This document shows, piece after piece, positions 9,501 to 19,624 of a stretch of DNA of 64,000 nucleotides. Positions within the stretch are counted from its first letter, which is position 1; every line of letters starts with the position of its first letter. The notes beneath the pieces are model-generated. The model was not told where the DNA came from. It did no database searches and saw only the letters and a program-made list of their open reading frames with translations. The DNA is taken from positions 1-64,000 of the forward strand of contig JBBRLX010000018.1 in the NCBI GenBank assembly GCA_038231135.1, read 5' to 3'. The position numbers and the translations under genes are program-made. Source of the DNA: Candidatus Eiseniibacteriota bacterium. Its GTDB lineage: Bacteria > Eisenbacteria > RBG-16-71-46.

Positions 9501-10574
9501 CTAGCGGCCGGCGGCCATCAGGCGCTTGCCGCCCGACGTCAGCGTCTTGATGGCCGCTTCGTCGACCTTCACGACGGCATCCGGCAGCCGCGCATAGTCG
9601 AGCGCCTCGACCATCGACTGGCCGTCGTGGATCGCCCACGTCATGAAGTCGGCGAGACTCTTCGCCTTGGCGGAGTCCTTCTGGTCCTGGTAGACGATCA
9701 GGAACGTGAGGCCTGCGATCGGGTACGCCGTCGGCGCCGACGCGTTCGCGATCGGCGAACGCACGTCCTTCGCGAGCGCCGGGGCGGACGCTTCCACCGC
9801 CGCCGTCGTGGACGCGAGCGACGGGCTGACGAACTGGCCGGCCTTGTTGCGCACGGCCGCGACCGCCAGCTTGTTCTGCTTCGCGTACGCCAGCTCGACG
9901 TAGCCGATCGCCCCCGGCGTCTGGCTGATGACGCCGGCCACGCCATCGTTGCCCTTGCCGCCGACGCCCGCCGGCCAGCTCACCGACGTCGCGGCCCCGA
10001 CCAGTTCCTTCCACTCGGGATTCACCAGCGACATGTAGGTGGTGAAGATGTTCGTCGTGCCGCTCCCGTCCGAACGGTGCACCGGCAGCACCGGCGCCGC
10101 CGGCAGCTTCACGGCGGGGTTCGCCGCCACGAGCCTGCGGTCGTTCCACATCGTGATGCGGCCCAGGTACATGCCGCTCAGGATTTCGGGCGTGATGCGG
10201 ATCTGGCCCTTGAATCCCGGCAGGTTGTAGGCGATCGCCACCGCGCCCGCCACTGTCGGGATGTGCAGCACCCGGCGCGGCATGGTCTTCAGCGCGTCGT
10301 TCGACAGCGCGGCGTCGCTGGCCCCGAAGTCGACCGTGCCGGCGCGCACCTGCTGAATGCCCGCGCCACTGCCGATCGACTGGTAATTGATCTCGATGCC
10401 GGTGTTCTTGTGATAGACGTCGAACCACTTGGAGTAGATCGGATACGGAAACGTCGCGCCCGCGCCGGTGAGGTTCTGCGCGTGGGCGGAGGCGGCGAAC
10501 GCGATCGCGAGGGTCACGGCCGCCGCCGTCCGGAGAATCCCTGGCGTGTGTGTCCTTACGGAACTACGGATCAT
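9501..10574 (-). CDS. pstS: Phosphate-binding protein PstS
   Basis: Signal peptide, GAGATFPYP, YQSIGSGAG, DFGASD, HRSDGSGTT, GKGNDGV; AGGAG RBS. Confidence 0.97.
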   Translation of the reverse strand: MIRSSVRTHTPGILRTAAAVTLAIAFAASAHAQNLTGAGATFPYPIYSKWFDVYHKNTGIEINYQSIGSGAGIQQVRAGTVDFGASDAALSNDALKTMPRRVLHIPTVAGAVAIAYNLPGFKGQIRITPEILSGMYLGRITMWNDRRLVAANPAVKLPAAPVLPVHRSDGSGTTNIFTTYMSLVNPEWKELVGAATSVSWPAGVGGKGNDGVAGVISQTPGAIGYVELAYAKQNKLAVAAVRNKAGQFVSPSLASTTAAVEASAPALAKDVRSPIANASAPTAYPIAGLTFLIVYQDQKDSAKAKSLADFMTWAIHDGQSMVEALDYARLPDAVVKVDEAAIKTLTSGGKRLMAAGR

Positions 10575-10627
10575 ATGTGCGCTCCTATGGATGTGAACGA
10601 GGGGGGAGGAACCGAGCGGGCCGTAGC

Positions 10628-11797
10628 TCATGACGGCTTCGCGAACTTGTAGTAGATCGTCAGGCGCGCCTGCAGATCGTGGAAGGCGGGGGCGACGGCC
10701 GTGCCCTTCGCCGTGTACTGGGTCGCTTCGACGTTCGGCATGAAGTGCACGTCTTTGAACGGCTGCCAGTCGAGGCCCGCGATCCACAGCTGCGTGTCGA
10801 CGCGGTTGGCGATCCGATGGTCGGGCTGCCACAGGTCGAAGCGGGCGAACGCCGCCACGGTCGGGGTCTGGGTCCAACGGCCGAACGCCGAGAATCCACG
10901 CGGCTCCTGGTTCGGTGCCGACGTCCGGTGATTCACCCGCGACAGCGCGGAGCCGCCCAGAACCAGCTTGCGAAACTCATAGTCGGCGAACAGCTTGTAC
11001 GTCGCCCGATCCTGATGGTTGGCGACATTCTCGTAATCGACGAACGGTTCCATGCGCAGATCGCCGACGTGGATCGGCAGCGCGAGGTAGCCCTTCTTGT
11101 CGCGGTTGTCCTCGGGCTTCTGGCCGAGCCCGTTGCCGACCATCGCCGAATATCCGATCCGGTGGCCGGTGTCGACGAAGCCCTTCACCTCGGCGCCGAT
11201 GTCGGTCGAGCTGCCGATGCCCCGGAAGTCGGCCAGCGTCTTCTCGATCGAGCGGTAGCCCCACGCCTCCTCCTCCGTCTCGTAGATCGGAGTGGGCAGG
11301 ATGCCGAAGAACAGGTCGCCGCGCGGGTAGACGTTGCGCGCCTGGAGGTACAGCGCCTTCACGGCCAGACCGATCTTGCCGTCCGACGTCAGCGACTTGC
11401 TGTCGGCTTCCAGCCGGAACCGCGTCGAGTACTTGATCGACAGATCGTTGTCGAGCTGGAAGTACACCCGCCGGATCTGGAATCCGTTGAGGTCGCGCGT
11501 GATCGGCTTCCCGGTGCCGTCGATGTTGGCCTTGCCGGAATCGGAGCCCGCCGCGTTGTAGGCGTGACGCGGATCACCGACCGCGTTGTAGTAGTAGTCG
11601 CCGAACACGTAGCCGCTGATCTTGCCGCGCGGAAAATCGGGTGCGGTCGGCGTGACCGCCGCGACGGGAACGCTGGGCGCCGCCTGCATCGCCGTGGTCT
11701 GGGCCGAATCCGGGGACTGGGGCGTGGCCGACGTTTGCGCCATGACGGGTGCGGCCACTACCAGGGTAGCGAGAGCGAGCCAGAGGCGAGGGTACAT
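10628..11797 (-). CDS. Outer-membrane porin, probably phosphate-selective (OprO/OprP-like)
   Basis: Signal peptide, GFQIRRVYF, alternating beta-strand pattern, aromatic C-terminus; directly upstream of pstS. Confidence 0.7.
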   Translation of the reverse strand: MYPRLWLALATLVVAAPVMAQTSATPQSPDSAQTTAMQAAPSVPVAAVTPTAPDFPRGKISGYVFGDYYYNAVGDPRHAYNAAGSDSGKANIDGTGKPITRDLNGFQIRRVYFQLDNDLSIKYSTRFRLEADSKSLTSDGKIGLAVKALYLQARNVYPRGDLFFGILPTPIYETEEEAWGYRSIEKTLADFRGIGSSTDIGAEVKGFVDTGHRIGYSAMVGNGLGQKPEDNRDKKGYLALPIHVGDLRMEPFVDYENVANHQDRATYKLFADYEFRKLVLGGSALSRVNHRTSAPNQEPRGFSAFGRWTQTPTVAAFARFDLWQPDHRIANRVDTQLWIAGLDWQPFKDVHFMPNVEATQYTAKGTAVAPAFHDLQARLTIYYKFAKPS

Positions 11798-11876
11798 GGG
11801 TCTCCTTTCCGATCGAGATTTGCGGCTCGGGAGAAGCCCCGATCGCCGACGAGAAGAAGGCTAGAGCTTCATGATT

Positions 11877-11911
11877 ACCGTCATCGGTCGGGCATATGAC
11901 GGTGATGTTAA
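11877..11911 (-). promoter_or_regulatory. Candidate Pho box (TTAACA-N5-GTCATA) overlapping an 8-bp inverted repeat ACCGTCAT/ATGACGGT
   Basis: Half-sites at 11906-11911 and 11895-11900 (11-bp period) upstream of porin-pstSCAB-phoU; IR arms at 11877-11884 and 11896-11903. Confidence 0.55.
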
Positions 11912-11982
11912 CAACGCAGGCCGTGGGTACAAACGATTGCCCGCCATCGTGTTCCGCGTGCAAACTGCACGAAACCCCTGAC

Positions 11983-13812
11983 TCAGCTGGCCCGCACGAC
12001 CGGGACGCGCGGGAATTCGAAGCGGAACGTCGATCCCGGGCCTGCGTTGACGCGGACCGTCACGTCTCCCCGATGCAGCGCGAGGATGTGCTTCACGATC
12101 GACAGCCCGAGCCCGGTGCCGCCCTGTTCCCGGGACCGGCCCTTGTCCACCCGGTAGAAACGTTCGAAGATCCGGGCGCGATCCCCGGGCGGGATGCCGT
12201 GGCCGGTGTCGGACACCTCGCACCACACCCGTGACTCGTCGCCGCCCAGCCGCACCCGCACCTCGCCGCGCTCGGTGTATTTGACCGCGTTGTCGAGCAA
12301 ATTCGCCAGCACCTGGTCGATGCGCGGCCGGTCGGCGCGCACGATCTCGGCGGGGCCTGGCTCGATCTCCAGCGCGAGCCCGGTCCGGCGCGCCGCCGGG
12401 CGGAACGCGCCCATCTGCCGTTCCACCGCCTCTCGCAGGTCGAACGTCTCCCAGTTGAGCCGGGCCTCGGGACGCTCGAGCTCGGCGAGCGACAATAGAT
12501 CCGACACCAGCGCCTGCAGCCGCAGCGTCTGGTCGCGGATCACGCGCACGAAGCCCTCGCGATGGGCCGCGTCGTCGAGGCCGCCCTCGAGCAGTGTCTC
12601 GGCGTAGCCGCGCAGCGACGTGAGCGGGGTGCGCAGCTCGTGCGACACGTTCGCGACGAAGTCCTGCCGGACGCGGTTCAGCGTCTCCGCCTCCGTCAGA
12701 TCGTGGAGCACCAGTAGCACGCCGGCGCTCGAGGCCCGCAACGGGCTCGCCGTCGCGCGCACCAGCCGCAGCTGCGGCGACCACAGCCGGAGGTCCGTCT
12801 CGACCGGGCTCGTGCCCAGCCGCGCGCGCTTGAGCAGGTCGTCCAGCTCGGGCGAGCGCACGAATTCCGGGAACGGCGTGCCCGGATCCGCGGGGCGCGT
12901 GGCGCCGAGGATCGCGGCGAGCCGGTGGTTCATGTGGAGCACCAGGCCATCGCGATCGAGCAGCGCGACGCCGTCGCTCATGTGCGCCAGGATCAGATCG
13001 CGCTCGTCGCGCTCCTGCTCGATCGCGTGCAGTCGGCTCTTGAGCTCGCCCGCCATGGAGTTGATCGCCCGCCCGAGCCGGCCGAGCGAATCCTCCGGCA
13101 GCTCGCTCGCGCGGGGCGCCGGCGAGTCGGCCCCGAGTCGCGCGGCGGCCTCCTCGAGATCGCGGATCCTGCCGGCGTGCCGGCCGGTGAACCAGAACAG
13201 CAGCAGGGCCATGCCGGCGAGCGTGAGCGCCATGGCGGCGAACGACAGTCGCAGCAGCGAGGTGTTCACCCGCGAGATGTTCGCGAGCGGTTCGGCCACC
13301 CGTACGACCGCGGGGTTGCCGGCGCCCATGCGCCCGGCCGGGACCGCGACGTACAGCAGATCGACACCGATGCTCGCGCTGTGCCGCACGGCCCACCCCG
13401 GATTGCCGGCGAGTGCCCGGCGCACCTCCGGGCGGGTGGCGTGGTTCTCGAGCGTGGGCAGCTCCTCGCGCGGCACCTCGGAATCGCCGATCACGCGCCC
13501 CGTCGAATCGATGAGCGTGATGCGCGCGCCGAGGCCGCGGGCCTTGCGTCCCGCCCAGTCCGGCCAGTCGGGCGCGGCGCCGGGCGCCGCCGGGCCGGCA
13601 GAAGGGAGATCGAACACCAGATGATGCGCCGTGCGCTCGAGCGCCTCGCGGTCGCGCGACAGGATCCAGTCGCGCTGGCCGCGGGTCTCGATCGCCGTCA
13701 CCGTGGCCAGCGCGAGCGCGAGCAGCAGCGCGTGTCCGAGGAACAGCCGGTTGCGCAACGAGGCGCCCGGGTGCGACAACCTCACCGCCCGGACCTCCAC
13801 GCGGCCGGTCAC
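11983..13812 (-). CDS. phoR: Phosphate-regulon sensor histidine kinase PhoR
   Basis: Two TMs, HAMP and PAS regions, DFVANVSHELRTPLT, FERFYRVDKGRSREQGGTGLGLSIVKH; start uncertain. Confidence 0.9.
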   Translation of the reverse strand: MTGRVEVRAVRLSHPGASLRNRLFLGHALLLALALATVTAIETRGQRDWILSRDREALERTAHHLVFDLPSAGPAAPGAAPDWPDWAGRKARGLGARITLIDSTGRVIGDSEVPREELPTLENHATRPEVRRALAGNPGWAVRHSASIGVDLLYVAVPAGRMGAGNPAVVRVAEPLANISRVNTSLLRLSFAAMALTLAGMALLLFWFTGRHAGRIRDLEEAAARLGADSPAPRASELPEDSLGRLGRAINSMAGELKSRLHAIEQERDERDLILAHMSDGVALLDRDGLVLHMNHRLAAILGATRPADPGTPFPEFVRSPELDDLLKRARLGTSPVETDLRLWSPQLRLVRATASPLRASSAGVLLVLHDLTEAETLNRVRQDFVANVSHELRTPLTSLRGYAETLLEGGLDDAAHREGFVRVIRDQTLRLQALVSDLLSLAELERPEARLNWETFDLREAVERQMGAFRPAARRTGLALEIEPGPAEIVRADRPRIDQVLANLLDNAVKYTERGEVRVRLGGDESRVWCEVSDTGHGIPPGDRARIFERFYRVDKGRSREQGGTGLGLSIVKHILALHRGDVTVRVNAGPGSTFRFEFPRVPVVRAS

Positions 13813-13879
13813 CGCCAGTGCCCGCCGGATCCGCGGGGTTCCCGCGAGCGCGCGGCGGTCCGGACCGGCGGGCCCAGGG

Positions 13880-14890
13880 TCACCGGGGCCAGCCGATCGC
13901 GCGCAGTGCCAGTGCGCTCGCGGCGGCGATCAGCGCGGCCATCGGCATGGTGAGGATCCAGGCCCAGACGATGCGTCCGGCCACGCCCCACTTCACCGCC
14001 GACAGCTTGCCCGTCGAGGTCACCCCGACGCCCACGATGGCGCCGGTGATCGTGTGCGTGGTCGAGACCGGGATGCCGGCGGCGGTGGCGCCGAACAGCG
14101 TGATCGCGCCCGCGGTCTCGGCGCAGAACCCGCCCACCGGCCGTAGTTTCGTGATGTTCATGCCCATGGTCTTGACGATGCGCCAGCCCCCGAACATCGT
14201 GCCGAGCGCGATCGCGCCGTGGCTCGACAGCACGACCCACAGCGGCACGTGGAACTCGCCGGTGAGGAGGTGCTGCGAGTACAGCAGCGCCACGATGATG
14301 CCCATGGTCTTCTGCGCGTCGTTGCCGCCGTGCCCCAGGCTGTAGGCCGCGGCCGACAGCAGTTGCAGTTTGCGGAACGTCCCCTCGACGCGGCTCGGTG
14401 TCGCCCGCCGGAACAGCCACATCACGAGCCACATGATCAGGAACCCACCGACCATGCCGATCACCGGCGCCAGCACGATGAATTCGGCGATCTTGAGGAC
14501 GCCGCTGCCGATCACGGCGCGGGGGCCCGCGAGCGCGATGCCGGCGCCGGCGAGGCCGCCGATCAGCGCGTGCGACGACGACGTCGGCAGCCCGATCCAC
14601 CACGTGATCAGGTTCCACAGCAGGGCGCCCAGCACCGCGGCGAGGATCAAAGGCGGCGTCACGAACGCCGGGTCGACGATGCCCTTGCCGACGGTCTTCG
14701 CGACGTGGACTCCGAACACCAGGAACGCGATGAAATTGAACACCGAGGCCCACACCACCGCCACGCGCGGCGACAGCACGCGCGTGCTGACGACCGTGGC
14801 GATCGAATTCGCGGCGTCGTGGAACCCGTTGCTGAAGTCGAACAGCAGCGCCACGCCGATGATTACGATGATTTCGAGCGGCAGCGGCAT
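13880..14890 (-). CDS. pit: PiT-family inorganic phosphate transporter
   Basis: NGFHDAANSIATVVSTR, GLPTSSSHALIGG, GHGGNDAQKTMG. Confidence 0.95.
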   Translation of the reverse strand: MPLPLEIIVIIGVALLFDFSNGFHDAANSIATVVSTRVLSPRVAVVWASVFNFIAFLVFGVHVAKTVGKGIVDPAFVTPPLILAAVLGALLWNLITWWIGLPTSSSHALIGGLAGAGIALAGPRAVIGSGVLKIAEFIVLAPVIGMVGGFLIMWLVMWLFRRATPSRVEGTFRKLQLLSAAAYSLGHGGNDAQKTMGIIVALLYSQHLLTGEFHVPLWVVLSSHGAIALGTMFGGWRIVKTMGMNITKLRPVGGFCAETAGAITLFGATAAGIPVSTTHTITGAIVGVGVTSTGKLSAVKWGVAGRIVWAWILTMPMAALIAAASALALRAIGWPR

Positions 14891-14891
14891 G

Positions 14892-15506
14892 TCAGCTGCT
14901 CTTGATCACGATCGTCTCGATCGCGTTCGCCACGTCCTCGCAGCGGTCGGCGGCGTTCTCGAGCCGGCCGTAGAGCTCCTTCCAGCGCATGACGTCGAGC
15001 AGGTCGTGCCCGCCGCTGAACAGGTCCGCGACCACGACGCGCGAGATGGCGTCGGCCTCGTTCTCGAGCCGGTGGATCTCGATCGTGAACTCCATGAGCT
15101 GCTTGAATTCCTTGAGGTGCTCGATCGCCTTCTCGATCTGCACCGAGCTCTCGACCAGGATCACCGTCATGCGCCGGGCCTCGGGCGTGGGCTGCTTCAC
15201 CTTGAACAGCACGATCCGGCTGCCGATCGCCTCGACCGCGTCCAGCACGTCGTCGAGGCCGCTCGCCAGGTCGTGGATGTCCTCGCGCTCGAGCGGGGTG
15301 ATGAACGTGCGGTTCAGCCGTTCGAACACCTCGTGGGCGACCTGGTCACCCTGGTGCTCGACGTCCTTGAGGCGCCGCGCGCGGTCGTCGAGTTGGTCGA
15401 AGTGCTCCATCATCTGCTGCAGTTGTTCGCAGCCCTGCCGCACCAGCGCGGCCTGGCGCCGGAACAGCAGGAAAAAATTCTCTTCCTTCGGGAACAGCGA
15501 GAACAT
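14892..15506 (-). CDS. DUF47 family (PhoU-like Pit accessory) protein
   Basis: LNRTFITPLEREDIHDLASGLDDVLD, HRLENEAD; abuts pit. Confidence 0.92.
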   Translation of the reverse strand: MFSLFPKEENFFLLFRRQAALVRQGCEQLQQMMEHFDQLDDRARRLKDVEHQGDQVAHEVFERLNRTFITPLEREDIHDLASGLDDVLDAVEAIGSRIVLFKVKQPTPEARRMTVILVESSVQIEKAIEHLKEFKQLMEFTIEIHRLENEADAISRVVVADLFSGGHDLLDVMRWKELYGRLENAADRCEDVANAIETIVIKSS

Positions 15507-15589
15507 CGCAGGGCCTCGTTCGGGTGAAGGACGGAAGTACTCGCGAATGTCCGCGGCCGCGGGCGCCGCGCCGGCACCATAGCACGGGC

Positions 15590-15934
15590 CTAATCATCCT
15601 CGGCCGCGCGGCGGCTGCGCTTGAGCGCGGACGCCTGGCGTTTGGCGTCGAGCCGCCGCTCGACGGCGGCGCGCCCCGGACGCGTCGCCACCCGCGGCCT
15701 GGGCTTGCGGGCGCGGCGGCGCAATTCCTCCCACACCCGCGTCAGCGCCGCGTCGCGATTACGGCGTTGCGACCTGCTCTCGGTGGCAACGCGCGTGATG
15801 CCGGTCGGCCGATGCCGCACGCGCACGCTCGACTCGGTCTTGTTCTTCTTCTGGCCGCCCGGCCCCGAGGACTTGTAGGGCTGGACATCGCAGTCGCGGG
15901 CCAGGCGCGCGAGCTGCTCGTCAGTCGGAGTCAT
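15590..15934 (-). CDS. arfB: ArfB-like ribosome rescue peptidyl-tRNA hydrolase (RF-1 domain)
   Basis: SSGPGGQ, RSQRRNR, basic tail RVATRPGRAAVERRLDAKR. Confidence 0.85.
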   Translation of the reverse strand: MTPTDEQLARLARDCDVQPYKSSGPGGQKKNKTESSVRVRHRPTGITRVATESRSQRRNRDAALTRVWEELRRRARKPRPRVATRPGRAAVERRLDAKRQASALKRSRRAAEDD

Positions 15935-15939
15935 CGCCG

Positions 15940-17064
15940 TCACTCCAGCTGTTTGTGGAATCGCAGGGTGCTGAACGAGAAGAACAGCACGGCGAACCCG
16001 GCGAGGGCGAGCGCCTGCGGCCACAGCGCGGCGAGCCCCACGCCCTTGAGCACGATGCTGCGCATGATCTCGAGGTAGTACGTCAGCGGCAGCAGCAGTC
16101 CGAGCTGCCGGACGAACGCCGGCATGCCTTCGCGCGGGAACATGAAGCCCGACAGCAGCACGTTGGGCAGCAGGACCATGAACGAGGTCTGCATCGCCTG
16201 CGCCTGCGTGCGGGCCAGCGTCGAGATGAACAGGCCCATGCCGAGGCTCGCCACGACGAACAGGAACGACAGCGCGTAGATCAGCGGCACGCTGCCGCGG
16301 ATCGGCACGTGGAACAGGAAGTGCCCCACCACGAGCACCGTGGTGATCTGCGCGAACCCCACGATCACGTACGGGGCGATCTTGCCGAGCATGATCTCGC
16401 CGGGCTTGAGCGGCGTGACGATGAGCTGCTCGAGCGTGCCGTGCTCGCGCTCGCGCACCACCGCCATGGCGGTCACCACGATCAAAATGTTCGACAGGAT
16501 CATGCCGATGATGCCCGGCACGATGAACAGCGGGCTCGACAGCGCCGGGTTGTACAGCGGCCGCACGCGCACGTCGACCGGCAGGCTGCCGACCCCCGCC
16601 GCCGGGGAGCGTTGCGCGAGAATGTCGAGGCTGCCGCGCTGGCCGACGAGCTGCGCGGCCCCGATAGCGCTCTCCGACGCGGTCGGCGACGTGGCGTCGA
16701 CGAGCACCTGGACGCTCGCCGAGCGGCCGCGCTTCAGGCGGCGCGCGTAGTCCTCGGGAATCACGATCGCCGCGTGCACGCGGCCGTAGTCGACGCGGCG
16801 CACGGCGTCCGCGTACGACGTCGCGGGGGCGCGCAGCGAGAAGTTGCCCGTGGCCTCGAACCGCTGGATCAACGCGCGGCTCTCCTGCGTGCGACTCGCG
16901 TCGTAGACGGTGGTCGGCAGCAGCTTCACGTCCAGGCGGATGCCGTAGCCGAACAGCAGCAACTGCATCACCGGAATGGCCAGCAGCAGCACCAGCGTCG
17001 CCCGGTCGCGCCGCATCTGGATGAACTCCTTGAGGAAGATCGCACGCAGGCGCGACAGGTTCAT
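15940..17064 (-). CDS. ABC-2 type exporter permease (YbhR/S-like)
   Basis: KEFIQMRRD, REREHGTLEQLIVTP, LSGFMFP. Confidence 0.92.
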   Translation of the reverse strand: MNLSRLRAIFLKEFIQMRRDRATLVLLLAIPVMQLLLFGYGIRLDVKLLPTTVYDASRTQESRALIQRFEATGNFSLRAPATSYADAVRRVDYGRVHAAIVIPEDYARRLKRGRSASVQVLVDATSPTASESAIGAAQLVGQRGSLDILAQRSPAAGVGSLPVDVRVRPLYNPALSSPLFIVPGIIGMILSNILIVVTAMAVVREREHGTLEQLIVTPLKPGEIMLGKIAPYVIVGFAQITTVLVVGHFLFHVPIRGSVPLIYALSFLFVVASLGMGLFISTLARTQAQAMQTSFMVLLPNVLLSGFMFPREGMPAFVRQLGLLLPLTYYLEIMRSIVLKGVGLAALWPQALALAGFAVLFFSFSTLRFHKQLE

Positions 17065-17804
17065 TCCGCGGTCTCGTTCTGCAGCGTGACGAAGATGTCC
17101 TCGAGCGTCTGGTGGCCGCCGAACTTCGCGCGGACCTCGTCGGGGGTGCCCAGGGCCGTGAGCTTGCCGAGCGACAGGAACGCCAGCCGGCCGAACCGCT
17201 CGGCTTCGTCCATGTAGTGCGTGGTGCAGACGATCGTGGTGCCGTCGGCGGCGAAGCCCCGGATGATCTCCCAGAACAACCGCCGCGCGCCCGGGTCCAC
17301 GCCGGCCGTGGGCTCGTCGAGGAACAGCACCGGCGGCTGGTGCAGCATGGCGCAGGCGAGCGCGAGCCGCTGCTTCTGCCCGCCCGACATCACGCCGGTG
17401 AGCCGGTCGCCGAGCGCGTTGAGGTGCATGCGCTGCCGCGCCCAGGCGATGCGCTCGGGCAGCACGCGACCGAGTCCGTAGACGCCGCCGTAGAACCGGA
17501 GATTCTCATCCACCGTGAGGTCGCCGTAGAGGCCGAACGCCTGCGACATGTACCCGATGCGGTCCTTCACGTGATCCGGATGCTGCACCACGTCCTCGCC
17601 CGCCACGCGCGCGGTGCCCGAGGTGGGCGTCAGGAGCCCGCACAGGATCCGGATCAGCGTGGTCTTGCCGGAACCGTTGGGGCCGAGGACGCCGAAGATC
17701 TCGCCGCCCCGGATGTCGAACGACACGTGATCGACCGCCACGACCGCGCCGAACCGCCGCGTCAGCTCACGGACCTCGATCGCGTTCGCGTCGCCGCCGG
17801 TCAT
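17061..17804 (-). CDS. ABC exporter ATP-binding protein
   Basis: GPNGSGKTT, MSGGQKQR, LDEPTAGVDP, TTHYMDEAE; ATG at 17804. Confidence 0.93.
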   Translation of the reverse strand: MTGGDANAIEVRELTRRFGAVVAVDHVSFDIRGGEIFGVLGPNGSGKTTLIRILCGLLTPTSGTARVAGEDVVQHPDHVKDRIGYMSQAFGLYGDLTVDENLRFYGGVYGLGRVLPERIAWARQRMHLNALGDRLTGVMSGGQKQRLALACAMLHQPPVLFLDEPTAGVDPGARRLFWEIIRGFAADGTTIVCTTHYMDEAERFGRLAFLSLGKLTALGTPDEVRAKFGGHQTLEDIFVTLQNETAE

Positions 17805-18760
17805 CGGCCGGAGTCGAGGATGCGGACCGTCGCCGGCAGTCCGGGCTTGAGCACGCCGCCCGTGGCATCGGCGTCGACCTTGACGCCGAACACCAGGTTC
17901 GCGCGCTCGTCCTCCGTGAGCGCCGCGCGCGGCGTGAACTCGGCGCGGGTCGAGATCTCGGCCACGCGGCCGCCAAACGGACGCTTCACGCCGTCCACGG
18001 TGATCTCGGCGCGCGCGCCGAGCCGCACCCGGGGCAGCAGCGGCTCGGCCACGTAACAGCGCACCCACAGCCGCTCGGGATTGCCGAGCGTCACCACCGG
18101 CAGATTCGGCGGGACGAGCTCGCCCGGCTCGAAGTTGCGAAGCAGCACCACCCCCGCGGACGGCGCGGTGAGCACCAACTCGCCGGCGCGGGCACGGGCC
18201 GCCAGCGTCTGCGCGCGCGCCGATTCGACGGCGCGCGCCGCGGCTTCGATCTGCCCCGTGCGCGTGCCGGCTTCGAGCAGGCGGACCTGGCTGGCCGCGG
18301 CGTTGCGGCCAGCCTCGGCGGCATCGCGCGCGCTGCGGGCGCGGTCGAAGTCCGACGCCGACGCCACTTGCTGGTCGTACAGCGGCTTCACGCGGTCGAA
18401 GTCGGTGGTGGCGAACGCGGCCTGGGCGGTGGCGGCGGCCAGCTCCGAGCGCGCGGCGGCGAGTTCCGCGTGGCGCGGCCCGGCCTTGAGGTCCTCGAGT
18501 TGTGCCGCGGCGCGGTCCGCCTGGGCGGACTGTGATTGCAGCTCGGCGGCGATCTCGCCGCGGGACAGCACCGCGAGCGTGTCGCCGGCATGCACCGAAT
18601 CGCCCTCGTCGACCCGCAGCTCGAGGATGCGGCCGCCGACCATCGACGCCACGTCGATCTCGGCCATCTCGACGGTGCCGCTCGCCACGACGCCCGCGGG
18701 CCTGCCGGCGCAGGCACCCGCGGCGAGCAGGCTCGCCGCGGCGATCGCGATCCGCGTCAC
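17801..18760 (-). CDS. HlyD/efflux periplasmic adaptor (YbhG-like)
   Basis: Signal with Cys, VDEGDSV, coiled-coil, AEFTP, LKPGLPA; alternative GTG start at 18808. Confidence 0.88.
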   Translation of the reverse strand: MTRIAIAAASLLAAGACAGRPAGVVASGTVEMAEIDVASMVGGRILELRVDEGDSVHAGDTLAVLSRGEIAAELQSQSAQADRAAAQLEDLKAGPRHAELAAARSELAAATAQAAFATTDFDRVKPLYDQQVASASDFDRARSARDAAEAGRNAAASQVRLLEAGTRTGQIEAAARAVESARAQTLAARARAGELVLTAPSAGVVLLRNFEPGELVPPNLPVVTLGNPERLWVRCYVAEPLLPRVRLGARAEITVDGVKRPFGGRVAEISTRAEFTPRAALTEDERANLVFGVKVDADATGGVLKPGLPATVRILDSGR

Positions 18761-18804
18761 GTTCGTCCTGGCCTTCGGCACGAACCCCCCAACGGGTCGA
18801 TCGA

Positions 18805-19584
18805 TCACGCCGGCTCCTGCAGCACGCGCACGACGACGCCACGCAGCCGGCGAGCGAGCCCGTCCGGGTCTTTGGCGTCGAGCACGCGGAAATCCGCGGC
18901 GCCCGGCGCCGGCAACATCAGCAATTCCGTCCCGTTCCACACCCCGCGCGTCAGCGTGATGCCGGAGTGGGTGCGGACTGCCAGCACCGCGTCCGGCGCG
19001 GGCGCTGCCGTCGTCCGCGACACGATGGCAACGTGTCCCGGGCGCAGATCGGGAACCCGCCGGGTCGCAGCGGCGGTCAGAACATACGCGAACGGCCGGC
19101 GCCACGCCTCCGATCCGCGTGCGGTGCCGGGGCCCAGCGACAGCACCCGCAGCACTTCGCATTCGGGATGGAGCGCGTCCCCCGGGTCGGCGCCGGCGGC
19201 GATCACCGGCACCCGTAGCCGCAGCGCCGACGGCGCGGCGTCCGTCATCGCGGCCTCCCGCCAGCGGCCCGCGGTGAACGCGGCCAGCTCGGGATCGGCG
19301 AGCAGTTCCCCCGCGGCCCGCAGCACCGACGCCAGATCTCCTCGCTGGAGTGCGCACGCCCACGCGCGAAACAGCCCGGTATCCTCACCCAGCGCGGCGG
19401 CCAGGCGCTCGGCGACGGCTTCGCTCGGGACCCGTTGACCGTTCTCTATATGGAAAACATAGGCGGCCGATCGCAATCCCGCTCGGGTTGCGACGTCCCT
19501 GAGGCTCAAGCCGCGGTGAACGCGGGCACGGCGGAGTCGGCTCCGGACTGGATCGGGTTGGGGGGGCAGGCGCCTAGCGGGCAT
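18805..19584 (-). CDS. XRE-family HTH regulator with degenerate LexA/S24-like C-terminal domain
   Basis: GLSLRDVATRAG...YVFHIENGQRVPS; the C-terminus VPVIAAG...FAYVL...GHVAIV...TLTR...LRGVVVRV follows the S24 layout. Confidence 0.75.
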   Translation of the reverse strand: MPARRLPPQPDPVRSRLRRARVHRGLSLRDVATRAGLRSAAYVFHIENGQRVPSEAVAERLAAALGEDTGLFRAWACALQRGDLASVLRAAGELLADPELAAFTAGRWREAAMTDAAPSALRLRVPVIAAGADPGDALHPECEVLRVLSLGPGTARGSEAWRRPFAYVLTAAATRRVPDLRPGHVAIVSRTTAAPAPDAVLAVRTHSGITLTRGVWNGTELLMLPAPGAADFRVLDAKDPDGLARRLRGVVVRVLQEPA

Positions 19585-19624
19585 GGAGGCACCATATGCC
19601 CATCTCCCGGTGTTGCGAAGAATA

